Below, in pieces: positions 57,743-64,000 of a stretch of DNA of 64,000 bases. The stretch is from an uncultured Armatimonadetes bacterium (lineage in GTDB: Bacteria > Armatimonadota > Hebobacteria > Hebobacterales > Hebobacteraceae). The translations under genes were made by a program, and so were the position numbers. The notes under the pieces are model-generated. The model searched no databases. It saw only the letters and a program-made list of their open reading frames with translations, and was not told the DNA's origin. Each line of letters starts with the position of its first letter. Position 1 is the stretch's first letter. The stretch covers positions 3,072,001 through 3,136,000 of the forward strand of contig OY970296.1 of the NCBI GenBank assembly GCA_963716175.1. The letters are read 5' to 3'.

Positions 57743-59661
57743 ATGCCACAGAATGTCACCCAGAAGCTCATCGCCTCTCACCTGGTCTCGGGCGAGATGA
57801 CCCCGGGGGGCGAGATCGCGATCCGCATGGATCAGACGCTTACCCAGGATGTGACTGGGACCATGGCCTTCCTGCAGTTCGAGGCCTTGGGTGTGCCTCG
57901 GGTGCGCACTCAGCTCTCGGTCAGCTACGTGGATCACAATCTGCTCCAGACCGGCTTCGAGAGCGCGGATGACCACCGCTATCTTCAGAGCGCCGCCGCC
58001 AGGTACGGCGTCTACTTCTCCCGCCCCGGCAATGGCATCTGCCACCAGGTCCACCTGGAGCGGTTCGGCGTGCCGGGCCAGACTCTGCTCGGCTCCGACA
58101 GCCATACTCCCACCTGCGGCGGCCTGGGAATGCTCGCCATCGGCGCCGGCGGCCTCGACGTGGCCGCGGCGATGGCCGGCCTGCCCTTCTACCTGGCGAT
58201 GCCGAAGATAGCCCTGGTGCGACTGACCGGCTCGCTGCCAGACTGGGTCAGCGCCAAGGACATCATCCTGGAGCTGCTTCGGCGTCTGACAGTGAAGGGC
58301 GGAGTGGGCCAGGTGATGGAGTACGCGGGGGAAGGGATTGGCGGGCTATCGGTGCCCGAGCGGGCCACAGTCACCAACATGGGCGCGGAGCTAGGAGCGA
58401 CCAGCTCAGTGTTCCCGAGTGACCAGCAGACCCGCGCCTTCCTCCGCGCCCAGAGCGCGGGCAAGCGTGGACCGCGCTGGCGGCCGATCCGGGCGCGGCC
58501 TATGATGAGGAATTCGGGATCAACCTCGCTCGCCTCGAACCACTGGTGGCGAAGCCGCACAGCCCGGATCGCGTGGTCCCGGTGGGCGATCTGCGCGGGA
58601 CACTCCTGGACCAGGTCGCCATCGGGAGCTGTACTAACTCCTCCTATCAGGACCTGATGACCGTCGCCGCCATGCTCGATGGCAAGCGCGTGCACCCTCG
58701 CGTTAGCCTGGTGATCTCCCCCGGCTCGCGGCAGGTGCTGGAGATGCTGGCCGCAAACGGCGCCTTGGCCAAGCTGATCGCGTCCGGCGCCCGCATCCTG
58801 GAGGCCTCCTGTGGGCCGTGCATCGGCATGGGCCAGGCCCCGCCTTCAGGAGGCGTCACTCTGCGCAGCTTCAACCGAAACTTCGAGGGCCGCACCGGGA
58901 CCCGCGACGCGCAAGCCTACCTCGCCAGCGCCGAGGTCTGCGCGGCCTCGGTGGTCGCGGGAGAGATCGCCGATCCCCGCGAGCTGGGGGCCCCGGTGAA
59001 GGTCGAGATGCCCGAGAGGTTCCTGGTTGATGACAGCATGATCATCTCCCCGGCGGCGCGCCCGGGGGAGGTGGGGATCGTGCGCGGCCCCAACATCGCT
59101 CCGGTGCCAGTCCGTGGCCCTCTCGCCGACAGCATCCGGGGACCGGTGCTGCTGGTAGCCGGTGACGACATCACCACGGATGACATCATGCCCGCGGGCG
59201 CCCAGATTCTGCCGCTGCGGTCCAATATCCCGGCCATCTCCCGGTACGTCTTCTCTCGCCTCGACCCGCAATTCGTCGCTCGCGCCGAGAAGGCTGGCGG
59301 CGGCTTTGTAGTGGGAGGCGCCAATTATGGCCAGGGGTCGAGCCGTGAGCATGCCGCCCTGGCGCCCATGGCGCTGGGCGTGCGGGCGGTGTTCGCGCGC
59401 TCGTTCGCCCGCATCCACCACACCAACCTGGTGAACTTCGGCATCCTGCCGCTTCAGCTCCCGGAGCACATCGTTCTGGCGCAGGGCGATGAGCTTGAGA
59501 TCCAGGGGGTGCGAGCCGGCATCGAAAAGGGAAGAGCGCTGGTGGTCACTAACCTGACTCGCGGCGAGACCTCTGATGCGAAGTACGAGCTGACAGCGCG
59601 CCAGCGCCGGATCCTGTTGGCGGGGGGCCTGCTGAACTACATCAAGGAAGGCGGCCTGTGA
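57743..59661 (+). CDS. Aconitate hydratase (frameshift near 58453)
   Basis: DQTLTQD.TGT, YVDHN, GNGICHQ, GSDSHT, GSCTN, CGPCIG, RSFNRNF.GR, ITTD.I.P, NYGQGSSREHA. Confidence 0.92.
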
Positions 59662-59693
59662 GCGGGCTGTAGGGCGGGCGTGCCAACGCCCGC

Positions 59694-60002
59694 CGAGAGG
59701 AGTTTGAGGAGGAGGCGGGACGGGCCGGCTATGCGCTCGTGATTCTGACCCCGGATGACACGGTTAAGACTAGGGGCGGCGACTACACGCAGGCGCGGCC
59801 CAATGTCCCATTCGAGCTTGGTTGGTTCTACGCCCGCGTCGGGCGGAGGCGGGTTCATATCCTCCATAGGACAGGGACTCGCGTTCACTCGGACCTGGAG
59901 GGGATCTCCAGGATTGAGTTCGCCGACTCAGTCGAAGACAAGACACTGGAGATTGAGGCAGAACTCAAAGCCGTCGGCTTACTCGACGAGGAGGCCAGGT
60001 GA
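59694..60002 (+). pseudogene. N-terminally truncated TIR-like (CAP12/Pycsar-type nucleotide-binding) domain
   Basis: EEFEEEAGRAGYALVILTPDD...QARPNVPFELGWF...SDLEGI; the frame is closed upstream by the TAG of a REP at 59669. Confidence 0.75.
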
Positions 60003-60018
60003 TAGGGGACCGCTGTTC

Positions 60019-60052
60019 CTGTAGGGCGGGGCATTCTCCGATGCCCCGCCGG
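60019..60052 (+). repeat. GTAG REP upstream of the RAYT gene; inverted copy at 60408-60441
   Basis: CTGTAGGGCGGGGCATTCTCCGATGCCCCGCCGG; 33 of 34 positions match the inverted internal copy. Confidence 0.9.
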
Positions 60053-60071
60053 AACCCGAGGTAACACTCAC

Positions 60072-60578
60072 ATGCAAGGGCACGAAAGTCGGGATCACGT
60101 CGGGCTTCCCAGACGCAAGCACCTGCCCCGTCTCGACCGCATCGTCGTCCCTGGCGCTCCCGTTCACTTCATCAGCGTCTGCGTGGGGAATCGAGCACGC
60201 GTGCTGGCCGATCGTGCTGTCGTGGGGGTACTCGGGGAAGCCTGGCGCCACTGCTACGAGGCGCACGGATGGATGATTGGGCGCTATGTCGTGATGCCGG
60301 ATCACGTCCACTTCTTCGCTTCGCCACGAGATGACTCAGCGAAGGACCTGTCGGTGTTCATGGGTTGCTGGAAGCGCACCACCACGATCAGGATTCGGAA
60401 ACTGCAGCCGGCGGGGCATCAGAGAATGCCCCGCCCTACAGAACGACCGTTCGCTTGGCAGAAAGAGTTCTTCGATCACCTCCTGAGAAGCGATGAGTCA
60501 CACGCGGAGAAGTGGGATTACGTGCGCCACAATCCGGTGCGAGCCGGGCTGGTCGGTGATCCGGACGAATGGCCCTAG
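60072..60578 (+). mobile_element. REP-associated tyrosine transposase (RAYT, IS200-like HUH)
   Basis: RRKHLPRL, HFISVC, YVVMPDHVH (HUH), WQKEFFDHLLR, YVRHNPVRAGL, EWP; flanked by GTAG REPs. Confidence 0.9.
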
Positions 60579-60679
60579 CAGGGCGAGATTGGCGTCCTGT
60601 AGGCCGGGGCAGCGTTGTCGGCCGGCGAGCGCGCGATTGCCCAGGATCAAGTGTACATCAGAAAGGGAGCCCGACCTCG

Positions 60680-61555
60680 TTGCTGCGCAATCTCTTCCGC
60701 CGCGTCAGCGATCTGTTCGCTGGCGCAGGTGAGGCCACAGAGGAGCTCTTCGATGAGCTGGAGGAGGTGCTGATCGCCTCCGATCTCAGCGCGCGCGTCG
60801 CTGGCCTGGTGGTAGAGCGCCTGCGCGAAGGGGTGAGGGAGCAGCGCATTCGCAGCGCCGAGGGAGTGCGCACCGAGCTGCGCACCCAGCTCGCCGCCAT
60901 GCTCGCCCAACATGCCGCGCCTCTCGTCACCGAGACCTCGGACCCGCCTCTGCTCTATCTCATGGTGGGGGTGAACGGCACCGGCAAGACCACCACCATT
61001 GCCAAGCTCGCCGCGCGCTTCCAGAAGCAGGGCCGGTCGGTGCTGCTGGCCGCCGCTGACACCTTCCGCGCGGCCGCCATAGAGCAGCTTGCGGTGTGGG
61101 CGGAGCGGCTGGAGGCGGAGATGGTGCGCCATCAGCCTGGCGGCGATCCCGCAGCCGTGCTCTTCGACAGCATCCGCGCCGCCCGCGCCCGCGACCTCGA
61201 GGTGGTTATTGCCGACACTGCGGGCCGGCTGCACACCAAGCGCAACCTGATGGAGGAGCTGAAGAAGGTGGATCGGGTGGTGCGCAAGGAGCTGGGCCGG
61301 CCCCCGGATGAGACCCTGCTGGTGCTGGACGCGACCACCGGGCAGAACGCCCTGGTGCAGGCCCAGGAGTTCAAGCAAGCGATCGGTATCACCGGGGTGG
61401 TGATGGCCAAGCTCGACGGCACTGCCAAGGGCGGCATGATCATCACCATCGCCGAGGAGATGCAGCTTCCCGTCAAGCTGATCGGGGTAGGGGAGAAGGC
61501 CGAGGATCTGCAGGATTTCGATGCGCAGGCTTTCGCCAACTGGCTGCTGCCCTGA
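60680..61555 (+). CDS. ftsY: Signal recognition particle receptor
   Basis: LEEVLIASD, GVNGTGKTTTIAKLA, DTFRAAA, DTAGRLH, DATTGQN, KLDGTAKGG. Confidence 0.95.
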   Translation: MLRNLFRRVSDLFAGAGEATEELFDELEEVLIASDLSARVAGLVVERLREGVREQRIRSAEGVRTELRTQLAAMLAQHAAPLVTETSDPPLLYLMVGVNGTGKTTTIAKLAARFQKQGRSVLLAAADTFRAAAIEQLAVWAERLEAEMVRHQPGGDPAAVLFDSIRAARARDLEVVIADTAGRLHTKRNLMEELKKVDRVVRKELGRPPDETLLVLDATTGQNALVQAQEFKQAIGITGVVMAKLDGTAKGGMIITIAEEMQLPVKLIGVGEKAEDLQDFDAQAFANWLLP

Positions 61556-61705
61556 TCGCGTGTGACTGCTTCCCCTGCCCCTGCCGCTCCGAGTTTGACT
61601 TTTCCCGCGGCCGCGGGTACTCTACCTGTACGGCCTCTACTGCTGCCCCTCGGGGGTGGCTTGGCAGGTGGCCTCGAGGCCTAGCGCGCGCCAGGGAGGA
61701 CTGGC

Positions 61706-62173
61706 TTGAGCATGGTACAACTCAAGGTCGAGGCCGTGGCCCTCGACTGGAAGGGCCACCCTGTGGTGGTGCTGCGCGAGCAGCCCGGACAGCGCGCGGT
61801 CTTCATCTGGGTGGGGCCGGCAGAAGCCACCGCGATCAGCGCCCATCTGGAGGACCAACGCTCCCCCCGCCCCATGACCCATGACCTGATCATGGTCCTG
61901 CTGCGCGAGCTCGGGGCCAAGGTTGACCAGGTGGTGATCACGGACATGCGGCGCAGGACCTACTACGCGGACCTGAAGCTGAACATCAATGATCGCCCGG
62001 TGAGCATTGACTGTCGTCCCAGCGATGCCATCGCGGTGGCGCTGCGCGCCAGCGCCCCTATCTACATTGACGACGATCTGCTCGATCGGCTGGAGGAGTC
62101 ACGCCGGGAGGAGGGCGAGGCCGACCTTACCGAGCCCACGATCGTTGACACCGGCGAGACCACCGTGCACTGA
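61706..62173 (+). CDS. Bifunctional nuclease family (DUF151) protein
   Basis: IWVG.AEA.AI, PRPMTHDL, D.RPSDAIA.ALR. Confidence 0.92.
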   Translation: MSMVQLKVEAVALDWKGHPVVVLREQPGQRAVFIWVGPAEATAISAHLEDQRSPRPMTHDLIMVLLRELGAKVDQVVITDMRRRTYYADLKLNINDRPVSIDCRPSDAIAVALRASAPIYIDDDLLDRLEESRREEGEADLTEPTIVDTGETTVH

Positions 62174-62186
62174 GAGGCCGGTCACA

Positions 62187-62468
62187 TCACAGGCAGCGGC
62201 ACGGGACCTGCTGGCACTTGGGGCAACCCGCTGCATACTTGTGCACCGCTTCCTCTAGCTCCACTCCGCAGATGCTGGCCAGCGTGCTGAGCCAGGCGAG
62301 GACATCTGCGAACTCCTCCGCCAGCCGCGCCTGTTCTCCGATCCGCATCGCCCGCGCCAGTTCGCCCACTTCCTCCACGAACCACCGAAAGGTCCCCTCC
62401 AGGCCCCGCGCTCTGTCCTTCTCCAGGTAGACGCGCTCGATCAGCCGCTGAAACTCTCCCACTTGCAT
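62187..62468 (-). CDS. MazG-like nucleotide pyrophosphohydrolase
   Basis: WFVEEVGELA, EEFADVLAWL, CPKC...PC.C. Confidence 0.9.
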   Translation of the reverse strand: MQVGEFQRLIERVYLEKDRARGLEGTFRWFVEEVGELARAMRIGEQARLAEEFADVLAWLSTLASICGVELEEAVHKYAAGCPKCQQVPCRCL

Positions 62469-62557
62469 CAGTTGCCTCCCACTCGCCGGGCCCACGGAGG
62501 CCGCCAGTCTCGCAGGGTTCGCCGCCCTGCCGGCCCAGCCCCTGCTCGCACCCCCGT

Positions 62558-62587
62558 TTGACAAAGCCGACGGCCGCCTGCTATACT
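62558..62587 (+). promoter_or_regulatory. Sigma70 promoter upstream of ffh
   Basis: TTGACA, 18 nt, TATACT with an extended TG. Confidence 0.6.
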
Positions 62588-62731
62588 GCAAACCCTTGTG
62601 CCGCCCGGCAGACTGGCGCCGGGGAGGGGGGGGCGGATCCACTCTCTCTTCAGCGCGGGCGCGCCCATGGCGACAGGCCCAGAAGGCGACCGGCGGTCCC
62701 TGAGTCTGCCTCTGGGCCGGCGCGCGGCAAT

Positions 62732-64000
62732 ATGTTCGATGGCTTAACCGCGAAACTTCAGAGTATCCTGCGCGGTCTGCGGGGCCGCGGGCGGCTGTCC
62801 GAACAGGACGTCGCCGCCGCCTGCCGGGAGATCCGGCTCGCCCTGCTCGAGGCCGATGTCAACTTCCGCGTCGTGCGCGATTTTGTCAACCATATCAGCC
62901 AGAAGGCTGTCGGCCGGGAGGTGATGGAAAGCCTGGCCCCGGGCCAGCAAGTGGTCAAGATCGTCTATGACGAGCTGACTGAGCTGCTGGGGGCCGCTGC
63001 CAGCGAGCTGGACCTGGGTGGCGAGACGCCGGTGGTCATGATGGTGGGCCTGCAGGGCGGCGGCAAGACCACCACTGCCGGCAAGCTGGCATTGCGACTG
63101 AAGCGAGCGGGCAAACGGCCTCTGCTGGTGGCCACCGATCTGCGGCGCGCGGCGGCGGTGGAGCAGCTCCAGATCGTGGGCCAGCAGGCTGGGGTGCCGG
63201 TGTTCGTGGGCCAGGCGGGCGATGCCGTGCAGATCGCGCGGGCTGCGGTGGAGAAGGCCCGTGCGGAGCAAATGGCGCCGGTGATCATAGACACCGCCGG
63301 CCGCACGCACGTGGACCAGCAGCTGATGGGGGAGCTGACCGCCATGAAGCAGGCGCTCGCCCCGGGTGAGGTGCTGCTGGTGCTGGACGCCATGACCGGG
63401 CAGGACGCGGTGAACGTGGCGGGGCAGTTCGACCAGGCGGTGGGAGTCACCGGGGTGGTGCTGACGAAGCTGGATGGGGACGCGCGGGGTGGAGCTGCGC
63501 TGTCGGTGCGCGCGGTGACCGGTCGGCCCATCAAGCTCGCCGGGGTGGGCGAGAAGCTGGAGGCGCTGGAGGTGTTCCATCCGGATCGGATGGCCTCCCG
63601 CATCCTGGGCATGGGCGACGTGCTCACTCTGGTGGAGCAGGCGGAGGCGGCGCTGGAGGAGCGAGAGGCGCAGGAGCTGGAGCGCCGCCTGAGGGAGAAC
63701 CGGTTCGACCTGAACGACTTTTTGCGGGAGTTGCAGCGGCTGGGTAAGATGGGCTCTCTGGAGCACCTGCTGGGGATGATCCCGGGCCTGCAGGGGCTGC
63801 GCCAGCAGGGGCCGCTGGAGGTGGACCCGAAACGGCTGCATCAGATGACGGCCATCGTGCAGTCTATGACCGCGCGGGAGCGGGAGGAGCCGGATATCAT
63901 TGACGGCAGCCGGCGCCGGCGCATCGCCCAGGGCAGCGGCACCTCCCGCCAGGAGGTGAACCTGCTGCTGAAGCAGTTTCGCCAGATGCGGGCCATGCTG
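62732..64000 (+). CDS. ffh: Signal recognition particle protein Ffh (3' end outside window)
   Basis: MFDGL..KL, ALLEADVN, GLQGGGKTTT.GKLA, DTAGR, DAMTGQDA, TKLDGDARGG, HPDRMASRILGMGD, SMT..ER, SRRRRIA.GSG. Confidence 0.96.
   Translation, partial: MFDGLTAKLQSILRGLRGRGRLSEQDVAAACREIRLALLEADVNFRVVRDFVNHISQKAVGREVMESLAPGQQVVKIVYDELTELLGAAASELDLGGETPVVMMVGLQGGGKTTTAGKLALRLKRAGKRPLLVATDLRRAAAVEQLQIVGQQAGVPVFVGQAGDAVQIARAAVEKARAEQMAPVIIDTAGRTHVDQQLMGELTAMKQALAPGEVLLVLDAMTGQDAVNVAGQFDQAVGVTGVVLTKLDGDARGGAALSVRAVTGRPIKLAGVGEKLEALEVFHPDRMASRILGMGDVLTLVEQAEAALEEREAQELERRLRENRFDLNDFLRELQRLGKMGSLEHLLGMIPGLQGLRQQGPLEVDPKRLHQMTAIVQSMTAREREEPDIIDGSRRRRIAQGSGTSRQEVNLLLKQFRQMRAML

Noticed and set aside
60576-60578. 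TAG reassignment or pyrrolysine recoding
   Set aside because: Single case; TAG ends many normal genes in this window
62744-63841. 365-aa minus-strand ORF
   Set aside because: Shadow of ffh on the plus strand

Overview
GC-rich bacterial chromosomal window. The SLH-anchored proteins and gene set suggest an Armatimonadota-like lineage (inference only). It carries mostly housekeeping and envelope genes: stand-alone dnaE2, a duplicated APC permease + USP module, glyS, dgt, rsmA-ispE, rnhC, a pilGHI-like ABC module, UPF0182, hicBA, ruvCAB, Rrf2/4Fe-4S, xerC, an RND pump, acuC, an ECF sigma/anti-sigma pair, a divergent mreB paralogue, aconitase, ftsY and ffh. Six genes have single-base frameshifts, probably long-read errors. 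The most unusual feature is a dense set of short palindromic repeats. GTAG-type REPs often supply gene stop codons. At least four hairpin families insert into one another, and in frame into proteins: four loops of DnaE2, an anti-sigma factor and the REP-associated tyrosine transposase (RAYT) itself. A 132-bp CTAG-bounded miniature element shows compensatory stem changes. Repeat-bounded cargo includes an HhH-like gene and TIR and NUDIX fragments, and there is an orphan multiheme-cytochrome fragment. No rRNA, tRNA or CRISPR array was found.
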